Of a stretch of DNA of 64,000 nt, positions 10,427 through 20,201 are shown piece by piece (position 1 is the stretch's first letter; the number at the start of each line of letters is the position of its first letter). The translations under genes and the position numbers were made by a program. The DNA is from Bacteroidota bacterium (GTDB lineage Bacteria; Bacteroidota; Bacteroidia; AKYH767-A; JAHEYN01), in contig JAHEYN010000002.1 of NCBI GenBank assembly GCA_023251555.1, positions 19,783-83,782 of the forward strand, read 5' to 3'. The notes below the pieces were generated by a model. That model did not search any database, was not told the DNA's origin, and worked only from the letters and a program-made list of their open reading frames with translations.

Positions 10427-10522
10427 ACACGTAAGAAAAAAGCAATTTCTGTTTTATCCGGAAAAGAACAATGTGCACTTTTGACACCTGAAAATACTCC
10501 CGTTATCTTTAAAATTAAAAAT

Positions 10523-12865
10523 ATGAAAACGCCACTGCTAAGAAAGCTGATTGTAAAGCCGGCTGGTTATTGTGTCCTGTTATTTGTTTTGTTCGCAAAC
10601 ATTGCCGGGGCACAGCAAAGCACCTGCTCTGCAGCATTTAACTACACTCCCGACAGCACCGGCTACGGAGTTTATTTTCAGGATGCCTCCACGGGAAACA
10701 GTCCGACATACTGGCACTGGGACTTTGGGGACGGAGATACTTCTTCACAGCCTAATCCGTATCACGTATATAATGTAAATGCAGGGACATATAATGTTTG
10801 CCTCTATATTTCAGATTCTGCTACCGGGTGTTTCAGTTCTTTCTGTGATTCTGTATATTTTGGTACGGGGGTAATTTCCAATTGCCAGGCCTACTTTAGT
10901 GCTACTGTTGACACAAGCGGAATGACTTTCTTCTTCAATGGTTATTTTTCATCCAACTATACAAACGCAACTATATGGAGTTGGGACTTTGGAGATGGAT
11001 CAACAGATACCGTTCAGAATCCCGTTCACACTTATGCAAGTCCGGGTACATACTATGTTACTCTTAGTGCATCTGACTCTTCAGGGTGCACAGGTACATG
11101 GACCAGCCCCGTTACCACCGGCGCGTACACCACCGGCGGGGGAGGGAATAATAAATATGTTCAGATCTATTATGCTTTTGATTCTCTTGGCGGGCCGACC
11201 TGCCCGACCCCTGTAAGCGTGGGCTTTTTTATGTATGGCACGGCAGTTGGATACAATTCCGCCGACACGCTTACCCTTGAGGTAAATTTCGGCGACGGGA
11301 CATCCTCCACATCCCTGATTCCTGTTGGGTTAAACGGTGGAATGAATGGATATATATATGGCGGCATAAACCACACCTATACTGCTGCAGGCCAGTATTC
11401 CGTACAATATATCCTTACTGCTCCCGATAGCTCGGCAGATACGCTGGTAAACTATAATGAAGTTATTGTGGGAGATACCTGCGGAAATATTTCAGGGACT
11501 GTTTATGTTGACAGTAATGGCGACTGTGTCTTTAATGCGGGAGATATAGCGCTCCCCTGGGAGGGTGTGGAGCTGCTTGATAATAATGGTCAATCCATTG
11601 CCTGGTCAATGACCGACAGCTCCGGCAATTATTATTTCAGCGTACCTAACAATGCAAGTTATATTGTCTCCTGCGGCGGGTACTTCTATAATTATAATAA
11701 CTACACGGTTACCTGCCCTTCGGGAGGAACCTATAATGTCAGCACGTTCCCCTCATCCGGAAATGATTTTGGATGGAGCTGCCCTTCCGGCTTTGATCTT
11801 GAGGGCTCCCTCTCAGGATGGGGATTCCGGCCCGGCGACACTGCCTATGCCTGGATTGACGTGTGGAATAACCGTTGTCTTCCGGTAAATGGAACAGTTA
11901 CGCTTGTGCTTGATTCCAATGTAACATATATAGCGTCTCCATATTCTTCCAATGCCCCTTCATCTGTTAACGGGGATACGCTTGTATGGAATTTCAGCTC
12001 TATGGGCGGAACCATGAGCTGGAATGCTTTCTGGAGTTATATAGAACTCGTTACCGATACTAATGTAGCTATAGGAGACTCTGTATGCTTTACCCTGATT
12101 GTTGATCCGGTTACGGGAGATTCTGTCCCTGCCAACAATACTGTTTATGTGTGTTTTCCTGTTTCGAACTCATGGGATCCCAATATGAAAACAGTCAGCC
12201 CCCGGGGAGCTGGGTTAAACGGAGCTGTTCTTCCCGGTCCGTTTACATACAATGTATATTTCCAGAATACAGGGAATGCTCCTGCGTATAATATCTATGT
12301 TCTCGATACAATTGACAGTGATCTGGATATAAATTCTTTCCATGTGATATCGAGCAGTCACAGCATGAGCACGGATATTCTTCCCGGAAATGTTCTTCGT
12401 TTTAATTTCAAAAACATTATGCTGCCGGACAGTTTATCCAATGAGCCAGCCAGCCATGGCCTTGTTACCTACACGATTAACCCGAAAAACAACCTTCAGC
12501 AGGGTACCCAGCTTACAAACACTGCATATATTTATTTTGACTTTAATCCTGCTGTGGTTACCAATACCGTTGTAAACACTATTGATTACACACTCTCTGT
12601 TCCTGATGCGACTAAGAAGAACCTTAAAAGCCAGATAATTCTCTATCCTAATCCTGCCAGGGATGAAGTCATGCTCACCGGAATAGGTGGCCAGGGTATG
12701 AGAATTTTTATGCTTACAGATATGATGGGGAAAACAGTTATGAAGGGGGAACTTCCCTCAGGGAAAGTAAAGCTAAATCTGAAACATATCCCGGATGGCC
12801 TTTATACAATATTTGTAATGAGTGAAGAAGGCGTTATAAGAAGCAAATTAGTGGTTGTTCATTAA
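10523..12865 (+). CDS. T9SS type A cargo: PKD domains, SdrD-B-like domain, DUF11-like/conserved-repeat domain, CTD
   Basis: WHWDFGDG/WSWDFGDG PKD motifs; ISGTVYVD.NGDC; SWDPN.K...Y...FQNTGNAPA...NTAYIYFDFNP; CTD LYPNPA...KLVV. Start set at ATG 10523. Confidence 0.87.
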   Translation: MKTPLLRKLIVKPAGYCVLLFVLFANIAGAQQSTCSAAFNYTPDSTGYGVYFQDASTGNSPTYWHWDFGDGDTSSQPNPYHVYNVNAGTYNVCLYISDSATGCFSSFCDSVYFGTGVISNCQAYFSATVDTSGMTFFFNGYFSSNYTNATIWSWDFGDGSTDTVQNPVHTYASPGTYYVTLSASDSSGCTGTWTSPVTTGAYTTGGGGNNKYVQIYYAFDSLGGPTCPTPVSVGFFMYGTAVGYNSADTLTLEVNFGDGTSSTSLIPVGLNGGMNGYIYGGINHTYTAAGQYSVQYILTAPDSSADTLVNYNEVIVGDTCGNISGTVYVDSNGDCVFNAGDIALPWEGVELLDNNGQSIAWSMTDSSGNYYFSVPNNASYIVSCGGYFYNYNNYTVTCPSGGTYNVSTFPSSGNDFGWSCPSGFDLEGSLSGWGFRPGDTAYAWIDVWNNRCLPVNGTVTLVLDSNVTYIASPYSSNAPSSVNGDTLVWNFSSMGGTMSWNAFWSYIELVTDTNVAIGDSVCFTLIVDPVTGDSVPANNTVYVCFPVSNSWDPNMKTVSPRGAGLNGAVLPGPFTYNVYFQNTGNAPAYNIYVLDTIDSDLDINSFHVISSSHSMSTDILPGNVLRFNFKNIMLPDSLSNEPASHGLVTYTINPKNNLQQGTQLTNTAYIYFDFNPAVVTNTVVNTIDYTLSVPDATKKNLKSQIILYPNPARDEVMLTGIGGQGMRIFMLTDMMGKTVMKGELPSGKVKLNLKHIPDGLYTIFVMSEEGVIRSKLVVVH

Positions 12866-12885
12866 TGGTTTGGTTCTTTTCTTGA

Positions 12886-12916
12886 AAAAAGGGGCGGTTT
12901 TCAGCCGCCCCTTTTT
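12886..12916. terminator. Rho-independent terminator, likely bidirectional
   Basis: AAAAAGGGGCGG-loop-CCGCCCCTTTTT about 20 bp after the stop at 12865. Confidence 0.85.
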
Positions 12917-13278
12917 ATGCAAATATTTTTCGTTTCTTTTACGGAGATACCAGTAAAATCAACACTTTTCATTTTTTACTCCCCTGAAATTCTTTTCGTT
13001 TGGAGAAAAATAGATTTGCGGGCATGTTTTTGTTAACAGAGATTTGCGGCATGCATAAAAAAAGAAGAAGCTTTTCAGTTCAGGTAAAACAGATCATCAG
13101 TTTTAGTTTTTTAGAATCATTTTTCTTGTTTTATGTATACTCTGCGTCTGTTCCCGGCAGGGGCAAAAGCCGGGGGCAGGGAGGCATAGGGAGCTTTTGA
13201 TTGTTGCGAGAGTGATTCGTGGGATGGACAACGATCATGGCTCCCGGCCTCTGCAGGGTAAAGCGGGGAAGTTTTTCC

Positions 13279-14058
13279 TCAGGTACCTGGATTTCCGCTA
13301 CAGGTCAGATATTCCTCAGCGCATCTGAAAAACCCTGCGGGATTATCCGCATGGACCCAGTGCCCGGCATCCGGAACGGTAATTAATGATGATTTCGGAA
13401 AATACTCTTTGATAGTTTCCCGGTCAGAATCGGTTATGTACTGTGATAATGCTCCCCGGATAAAGAATGTTGGAATTTCACACACCTTTATATCAAAACT
13501 CCGGTCAATTGTTTCAATGTTCCTGCTGATAGCGTCAAGATTAAATTTCCATCTCAGCTGATCTGGTTTTTCCCATTCCAGGTTTTTAAGTAAAAACTGT
13601 CTTATTGCAGGCTCCTGGATATTTCCGGCAAGAATCTCCTCCGCTGCTTTCCGGGAATGAGTTATATTAAAGTTAACCGCCTTTAAGGCGGCAATGATTT
13701 TATCATGCTGTGGGGGATATGTTTTGGGGGCTATATCAACAACTACCAGCTTTTTCAGCAATTCAGGATATGTCATGGCAAACAGCATAGCCGTTTTACC
13801 TCCCATGGAGTGTCCCATCAGGACAGCATTTTCTATCTGGTTATCAATAAAAAGTTCATGAAGGTCTTCAGCCATCAGTTTATAATCCCACTCATTGCTG
13901 TGAGGAGATTGACCATGGTTGCGCTGGTCAACGAGAAAGACGGAATATTTTTCAGACAGTTTCTTACCCACTGTATGCCAGTTATCTGAGATCCCGAACA
14001 ATCCGTGTAAGATTACAAAAGGGGGACCGCTTCCCATTTTCTTAAAGAAAAGTTTCAT
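13279..14058 (-). CDS. Alpha/beta hydrolase (YbfF-like esterase)
   Basis: LHGLFG, DQRNHG.S, GHSMGG nucleophile motif, DIAP, AGHWVHADNP. Confidence 0.9.
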   Translation of the reverse strand: MKLFFKKMGSGPPFVILHGLFGISDNWHTVGKKLSEKYSVFLVDQRNHGQSPHSNEWDYKLMAEDLHELFIDNQIENAVLMGHSMGGKTAMLFAMTYPELLKKLVVVDIAPKTYPPQHDKIIAALKAVNFNITHSRKAAEEILAGNIQEPAIRQFLLKNLEWEKPDQLRWKFNLDAISRNIETIDRSFDIKVCEIPTFFIRGALSQYITDSDRETIKEYFPKSSLITVPDAGHWVHADNPAGFFRCAEEYLTCSGNPGT

Positions 14059-14064
14059 ATAAAA

Positions 14065-14778
14065 TTATTTTAACCGGCGTAAATAAAGTGGTATTGTGTT
14101 TTCCAGGCCGTAGTAAAGGGAATCACTTATCAATGCGTGTCCTATTGATACTTCAAGGAGTCCGGGAATATGCTGCTTAAAAAATGCAAGGTTTTCAAGA
14201 TTAAGATCATGTCCGGCATTCAAGCCAAGTCCTGCAGCATTTGCAGTCGTGGCTGCCTTTATATATGGCGCGATGGCTTTGTCTCTGTTATTATTGTATT
14301 GTATTGCATAATCTTCTGTATAGAGTTCTATCCTGTCAGTGCCTGCTTCGGCTGCTTTTTCTATCATTCCCGGATTTGTTTCCATAAAAAGGGAAGTTCT
14401 GATCCTGTGTGATTTCAGCGCAGAGATCACTTCTTTCAAAAAAGAGAAATGTTTTTTTGTATCCCATCCTGCATTTGAGGTAAGAACTTCGGGCGGGTCG
14501 GGGACTAATGTTACCTGATCGGGCAGGATTTCCGTTACCAGGGAAAGGAATTTTGGGGAAGGATATCCTTCAATATTGAATTCAGTGGTAATAAGCGGTT
14601 TAAGATCATAAACATCTTTGTACCGTATATGACGTTCGTCGGGCCGTGGATGTACTGTAATCCCTTCTGCCCCGTACTTCTGGCAGTCAGAAGCAACTTG
14701 CAGCAGGTTGGGAATATTTCCACCGCGTGCATTCCGGAGAGTAGCTATTTTATTAATATTTACACTAAGTTTCGCCAC
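14065..14778 (-). CDS. pdxJ: Pyridoxine 5'-phosphate synthase
   Basis: LSVNINKIATLRNARG, ITVHPRPDERHI, NIEG, ELYT, NAGHDL, EVSIGHALI; GTG start at 14778. Confidence 0.95.
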   Translation of the reverse strand: MAKLSVNINKIATLRNARGGNIPNLLQVASDCQKYGAEGITVHPRPDERHIRYKDVYDLKPLITTEFNIEGYPSPKFLSLVTEILPDQVTLVPDPPEVLTSNAGWDTKKHFSFLKEVISALKSHRIRTSLFMETNPGMIEKAAEAGTDRIELYTEDYAIQYNNNRDKAIAPYIKAATTANAAGLGLNAGHDLNLENLAFFKQHIPGLLEVSIGHALISDSLYYGLENTIPLYLRRLK

Positions 14779-14793
14779 AGGCCTTGTTTTGTG

Positions 14794-14810
14794 CAAAATT
14801 AGTAAATTTG
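14794..14810. promoter_or_regulatory. Back-to-back -7 elements for pdxJ and the CBS gene
   Basis: CAAAATTA (14794-14801, TAATTTTG on minus) and TAAATTTG (14803-14810), 1 bp apart between divergent starts. Confidence 0.6.
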
Positions 14811-14840
14811 ACGGGGATAGGATTTGATATAACATTTATA

Positions 14841-15503
14841 ATGATTGCAAGAGATCTTATTAAAGACACCATTCCGCCGCTAAAGACCTCCGACACGGGA
14901 TTGAAGGCTCTGAGCTGGATGGATGAATTCCGTGTCAGTCACCTTCCCATTGTAAATGCCACGACTTTTCTGGGTCTTATTTCGGAGGAAGACATTCTGA
15001 ATCTCAATGCCCCCGAACAGCCTCTGGGCAATCACTCGCTTTCATTAAGCCAGCCCTTTATAGGCGAGTCCCGCCATGTGTATGAGGCCATTAAGCTTAT
15101 TGCAAGACTCAAGATAGATGTGCTTCCCGTGCTTGATGAGGATCAGCAATATCTTGGCCTTATTACGCTTCCGGATCTTGTACAGAGCCTTGCTTCAATA
15201 ATGGCTATTGAAGGGTCGGGGTCTGTAGTGGTTCTGGAGTTAAACACCAGAGATTATTCACTCTCAGAAATAGCGCATATTGTGGAAGCTGATGATGCTA
15301 AAATTTTAAGCTCATATTTAACATCTTCCCCCGATTCTGCAAAGCTGGAGCTTACTATCAATATCAATAAGCTTGAAATATCCAGAATACTTGCATCGTT
15401 AGCCCGCTATGATTATAAGGTAATAGCTTCATACCAGGAAAGTGAATATTCCAGGGATCTCCAGACCCGCTTTGATGCACTGATGAATTACCTGAAAATA
15501 TAA
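14841..15503 (+). CDS. CBS domain protein (AcuB-like)
   Basis: Two CBS motifs (HLPIVN...FLGLISEED; VLPVLD...YLGLIT) plus ACT-like C-terminus; ATG 14841. Confidence 0.85.
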   Translation: MIARDLIKDTIPPLKTSDTGLKALSWMDEFRVSHLPIVNATTFLGLISEEDILNLNAPEQPLGNHSLSLSQPFIGESRHVYEAIKLIARLKIDVLPVLDEDQQYLGLITLPDLVQSLASIMAIEGSGSVVVLELNTRDYSLSEIAHIVEADDAKILSSYLTSSPDSAKLELTININKLEISRILASLARYDYKVIASYQESEYSRDLQTRFDALMNYLKI

Positions 15504-16948
15504 TGACCGGGAATTTTCGCCCCGGCCTTTTGTTCCTTAAACTCCTGTTCATCTCACTGGTTCTGCTTTCTTTTGTTCCGGCGTTTGCGCAGGGGACTAC
15601 TGATAGGCCTGTGCCCGGTTCATATATTATTATTGACAGCGTGACCGTAACCGGCAACAAGTTGACAAAACCGTACATTATTTTCAGGGAAATAAATTTC
15701 AGTGCCGGGGATACTGTTGTTGCTGATATGCTGGATCCCCTTATGGAAAGAAACAGGAGTAATATACTGAACACTTCCCTTTTTAATTCTGTTGAAATAC
15801 ATATCAGACACATAGATTCAGTACATGTATCAGTAAATATTTTTCTGGCCGAGCGATGGTATGTATGGCCTAAGCCTCTCTTCGAACTTGCCGACAGAAA
15901 TTTCAATGTTTGGTGGCAGACAAAAGAAATAGCAAGGACCAATTACGGGCTTGACCTGGCAATGAACAACTGCCGGGGGCGTAACGAAACACTTCGTCTT
16001 ACATACAGAATAGGATACTCACAGAAATATGCTCTTTCGTACACTATTCCATACCTGTCGAAAAATATGTCAGGCGGGGTTTCTTTTTCATGCTCCTATA
16101 TTACAGGCCATGAAACTTCATATAAAACATATGATAACAAACTCCTCTTTTACAATGATCCTTCCCGGTACACCCGCTCTGAATATGCTTATGCCGTGAA
16201 ATATTCCAGCAGGGCCGGAATATACAACAGACATTATCTTGCCCTTGAGTATAAAAGCAATATTATTGCTGACAGTATTGCCCGGCTGAATCCTGATTAT
16301 TTTTTCCGTGGAAGAACCTCCCAGCAGTATGTGAGTTTCAGCTATCTTTTTAAGCGTGACATGAGAGACTACATTGCATATCCGCTTAAAGGGTATTATT
16401 ATGATTTTGAAGTAATGAAAAAAGGCTTTGGATTTCCTTTTGAGAATATTGACCTGATGCATGTTGTTGCCTCCTACAAACAATACTGGCAATTATCGAA
16501 GCGATGGTATTTTGCCTCTATGCTGAAAACTAAACTTTCAGGACCTGCTCCGCAGCCATACTTTAACGAACGTGGCCTTGGATATGGCAGTGATTATGTT
16601 CGCTCCTATGAATATTATGTAGTGGATGGTGAAAACTTTCTGCTTATGAAGTCAAACCTGAAGTATGAATTAATTTCCCCACATGTGATAAGGACGCGGC
16701 TTATCCCGCTTGAAAAATTCAGGACAGTACCGTATACTTATTATATTAATTTCTTTTTTGATGCAGGATATGTGTGGGAAAGCCGGCATGCTTTATATTC
16801 CACAAATACACTTACAAACAGCATATTGCCCGGTGTGGGAGTGGGAATAGATTATGTTACATATTACAGCATGGTCTTCCGGGCTGAGTATGCAATCAAT
16901 AAATTCCTTGAGCACGATATCTTCCTCCACTTATCAATCCCGATATAA
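15503..16948 (+). CDS. POTRA + Omp85/BamA-TamA family outer membrane protein
   Basis: IDSVTVTGNKLTK..II.RE...L.NTSLF POTRA; VRSYE (VRGY-like), FFDAGY, G.G.G barrel motifs. Confidence 0.8.
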   Translation: MTGNFRPGLLFLKLLFISLVLLSFVPAFAQGTTDRPVPGSYIIIDSVTVTGNKLTKPYIIFREINFSAGDTVVADMLDPLMERNRSNILNTSLFNSVEIHIRHIDSVHVSVNIFLAERWYVWPKPLFELADRNFNVWWQTKEIARTNYGLDLAMNNCRGRNETLRLTYRIGYSQKYALSYTIPYLSKNMSGGVSFSCSYITGHETSYKTYDNKLLFYNDPSRYTRSEYAYAVKYSSRAGIYNRHYLALEYKSNIIADSIARLNPDYFFRGRTSQQYVSFSYLFKRDMRDYIAYPLKGYYYDFEVMKKGFGFPFENIDLMHVVASYKQYWQLSKRWYFASMLKTKLSGPAPQPYFNERGLGYGSDYVRSYEYYVVDGENFLLMKSNLKYELISPHVIRTRLIPLEKFRTVPYTYYINFFFDAGYVWESRHALYSTNTLTNSILPGVGVGIDYVTYYSMVFRAEYAINKFLEHDIFLHLSIPI

Positions 16949-16976
16949 CCGCTCCCCTTTCTTATTCTGCTTCTAG

Positions 16977-17408
16977 TTAATTGTAAACATGAACCAGCGT
17001 TCCGTTAAAAGTTGTCTGGTACTGTTTAAGAGGAAGAGATGCAGGGCCATTGAGTACAGCACCATCCATGATTTGAAATCTTGACCCGCAGCAACTGTCG
17101 GCCATGGAAACATTGGAAGATTCTACTTTTACAAGCGCACAATTATCAGAAGGGCGGTAGGTGCAGTTTCTTTCAAAAGCAAGAAACTCATCGTTTGATT
17201 TGCGATAAAGAATAAGTCCTCTCACTCCCCCTGTAACATATACCCATCCACCGATAGCATTAAGACTTACATAAGCAGGATCGGTGATATAGACATCAAG
17301 ATTTACAGAAGCATAAGGGACAGGCTCTGCTGTTTTCCGGCATGACAAAAAGCAGATCAGGAGGAAACTTATACCCAAGAAAATATTCCGGTTGTTTCTT
17401 CTTTGCAT
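16977..17408 (-). CDS. Lipoprotein with Rieske-like ferredoxin fold
   Basis: Lipobox FLSC; AFERNCTY...CCGSRF...G.VLNGPA..PL..Y. Confidence 0.7.
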   Translation of the reverse strand: MQRRNNRNIFLGISFLLICFLSCRKTAEPVPYASVNLDVYITDPAYVSLNAIGGWVYVTGGVRGLILYRKSNDEFLAFERNCTYRPSDNCALVKVESSNVSMADSCCGSRFQIMDGAVLNGPASLPLKQYQTTFNGTLVHVYN

Positions 17409-17428
17409 GAAAGCAAAGTTCTTTTTTT

Positions 17429-20110
17429 TTACCGGATGATCAACTTCTGGTTGTACACCACGTTATCGGAGGTAGCAGTTATAAGGTATATACCCGGAGC
17501 TAATTTACTTGATTCTTCAGAGGCTATCATGAAGGTTCCCTGACGGTATGAGGGGGTTACTTTTGTATAGGCTTCCCTTCCGGTCAGGTCAGTAACCACA
17601 ACAAGAATCTCTTTTGCAGACGACCCTTGCAGGTTTACAAACAAGTTATTTGCCCTGCCGGAGGGATTGGGGTATACAGAAAAGAGAATTTCCGCATCGG
17701 TTTTCACAGACACCAGCATTGAATAAGTTGCATGCCCGTCGAAATCAACTTGTTTAATTCTATAGTAAGAAGTTCCGCTTACGGGTGTTTCGTCCACTGC
17801 ATTGTAGTTATTAACTGAACTGCTGTTTCCTGCGCCGTTTACAGATACAACAGTCTCAAAAATCTGGTTATCTGTGGTTCTTTCTATGGTGAATAAACTG
17901 TTGTTTTTTTCCGAAGCGGTTGTCCATTTGAAATTTACCACCCGCCGTTCTTTATCGTATTGAGCATTAAAGTTCTGCAGGGCTACAGGCAGCGGGGATG
18001 TAAAAGGGTTAACTGAACCAAGGTAGAAGGAGTTTGTGAGATTGCCCAGCGCTAAGCCGGTTCTGCGTACAATCGGGTTGGAAGGAACGCCGCCATTGAT
18101 GCCGGCAGCTCCCACCACACTTCCGGAGAGTGTTAGCCGCAGGTCATTGACATCGGTAATCACCCCGAAGCCTGTGCCTTCCATACGAAGATCGTAAGTC
18201 CCGTTTGCGAGCCCGTTAGCCGTTGAAAGAGTCCAGTAGCTGTCATGCCTTTTCTGAACGGTAGAGGCTCCATCAGCAAATGAAACATTTGTAACAGTAG
18301 TTGCGTCTGTGTGTGTTACGCTTATGGTACCGCCTGCAGAGGGGGCTACTGTAGGCGCTACGTAAAACGGGCGGTAATCATTGGCAGCGCCGACAGGGAA
18401 CAGCCCGTTGGAATTGCCGTCTGCCAAAGCAATAGTGGTAAACCAGCGGGTGAATGTCCCGTTATATAAGAGACCTGAGGTATACGACAGGTTACCTTTT
18501 GATGCAGGGCTTGTGCCAAGCGTAAGCGTATAAGAATTCAGGTTAATATAACCACTGGACATTGTCAACTGGTTGGTAACACCAACGTTTGCATCGAGCG
18601 TAACCTGAGGAGCGAAGGAATAAGTATTGTTAATGGTAAGGTTGTAGAATGCTGTTCCATTTGCATTTCCGGTATTGGGAATACTTTGAGCTGCGGAACT
18701 GTTGATTAAAGTGACCGTGCGGGTTCCTTCCACGAAAGGATCTGCATTGGTGCTGGTATTGGACCAGTTGCCGTTTACGGTAATGTCATGCGTATTGCTG
18801 TTGAGGATAGCAGTATTCTGAAGCAGGAGATTTCCACCTACAGTAATGTCATCCCGCAACAACCTGTTGCTCGTCCCTCCTATTGTGAGGTGATAGTAAT
18901 TATTGCCGGAAGGGTCTTCTACGTCAGTTCCTCCGTTGCTGTTATAATTTACAGTGTTTCCGCTTGCGCTGAAGTTAAGGGTCATGTCGTTGTCAATGTC
19001 TCCGCCTATGGTGAATGTAGCATTGGCATTATTTGTAAATGTTCCGTTGGCAGCAGGATCATTGATAACAGACCCGGTAAGCGTAAAACTTCCTGAATTA
19101 GTAAAGGAGGCTCCTGTTTCTGTGTTGATATCAATGTTTGTTCCGAGAGAAAAAGTACCGGAATTGTCCAGGCTAAAATTACTTGCGCCTCCTACATTAT
19201 CCCCGTCAAGAAGGATACTGCCTGTTGCTGAAATAGACGCTCCGCTATTTATAACGACATTACAGTTATTGGTAACAGTTGCTGTTGGCCCGATGCGGAT
19301 ATCAGATGATGATGTAATACTTGCCCCACTGGTAAGAGTAAAACCTGTGCTTCCTGAAGCTGTAAGGTCATCGCTGAGAATAAACACGCAACCTATGGAT
19401 GTCCCATTGCCGTTTATATTAAGATCCCCATTTCCTCCGGAACTGAGATTAAGTGTTCCTGTCCCGTTCATTGTAATGTTATTGGTTGCAACAGTAAGAG
19501 GATTGGCATTAACCAGGATAGGAGTGGTGTTGTTAAATGTAACGCTGATAGAATTGGCCCCGAATGATACCCGTCCTATTGTTGTAGTCCCACCACCGCT
19601 CACAGTAACAGTGCTATTATCCCCGTTAAAACTCAGCTGATCAATGGCATAAGTTCCGTTATTAACAAAACTGAAGGTCTTGTTATTATCTTCGAAAATG
19701 ATCTGGGTACTTGTATTATTATCCTGTATTTGCCCTCCGTTATCTACATTGACAGAACCATCATTATGCACTTTCAGGATCCCGGCATTGCTGTTAAAAT
19801 TCAATATTCCCCCGTTCTGGACAGTCAGGTTTTGCACATCAACGGTGCCGGTGGGGACAGTAATAGTTTTACCTGCAGGGATGGTGGCATCATCCCCTGA
19901 GCCAGGAGTTCCTGCCCCCCCCCATGAAGCAGCCACATTCCAGGCGCCGCCTGTAGCAGTATAGTTGGTGGCTTCAGAATGTGAATAGCTGAAAAGAAGT
20001 GTAAGGAAAAGCAAAAACGCCGTTTTTGGCAACTCCTTGCGGGGATTTTTGTTTGGAGTAGATAAGCACATAAGCAACAGTCTTGAACTTTGTATATTAT
20101 TATACCGCAA
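17429..20110 (-). CDS. T9SS type A cargo with G8-like/beta-helical N/T/G-rich passenger
   Basis: GAWN.A.SW...PGSGD..TI start, YYHLTI/FYNLTINN repeats, LPV.L..F...W.TASE..N..F...YYR..Q.D.DG module, CTD VYPNP...KLIIR. Start uncertain. Confidence 0.82.
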   Translation of the reverse strand: MRYNNIQSSRLLLMCLSTPNKNPRKELPKTAFLLFLTLLFSYSHSEATNYTATGGAWNVAASWGGAGTPGSGDDATIPAGKTITVPTGTVDVQNLTVQNGGILNFNSNAGILKVHNDGSVNVDNGGQIQDNNTSTQIIFEDNNKTFSFVNNGTYAIDQLSFNGDNSTVTVSGGGTTTIGRVSFGANSISVTFNNTTPILVNANPLTVATNNITMNGTGTLNLSSGGNGDLNINGNGTSIGCVFILSDDLTASGSTGFTLTSGASITSSSDIRIGPTATVTNNCNVVINSGASISATGSILLDGDNVGGASNFSLDNSGTFSLGTNIDINTETGASFTNSGSFTLTGSVINDPAANGTFTNNANATFTIGGDIDNDMTLNFSASGNTVNYNSNGGTDVEDPSGNNYYHLTIGGTSNRLLRDDITVGGNLLLQNTAILNSNTHDITVNGNWSNTSTNADPFVEGTRTVTLINSSAAQSIPNTGNANGTAFYNLTINNTYSFAPQVTLDANVGVTNQLTMSSGYINLNSYTLTLGTSPASKGNLSYTSGLLYNGTFTRWFTTIALADGNSNGLFPVGAANDYRPFYVAPTVAPSAGGTISVTHTDATTVTNVSFADGASTVQKRHDSYWTLSTANGLANGTYDLRMEGTGFGVITDVNDLRLTLSGSVVGAAGINGGVPSNPIVRRTGLALGNLTNSFYLGSVNPFTSPLPVALQNFNAQYDKERRVVNFKWTTASEKNNSLFTIERTTDNQIFETVVSVNGAGNSSSVNNYNAVDETPVSGTSYYRIKQVDFDGHATYSMLVSVKTDAEILFSVYPNPSGRANNLFVNLQGSSAKEILVVVTDLTGREAYTKVTPSYRQGTFMIASEESSKLAPGIYLITATSDNVVYNQKLIIR

Positions 20111-20201
20111 AGACCCGAAAGAGGTTACAGGTGACTTCAGAAAATCATTTTAACCCTGCCGGGAAGAGATATTGTTTTATCTTTGTAAGCCAGCTGTTTT
20201 T

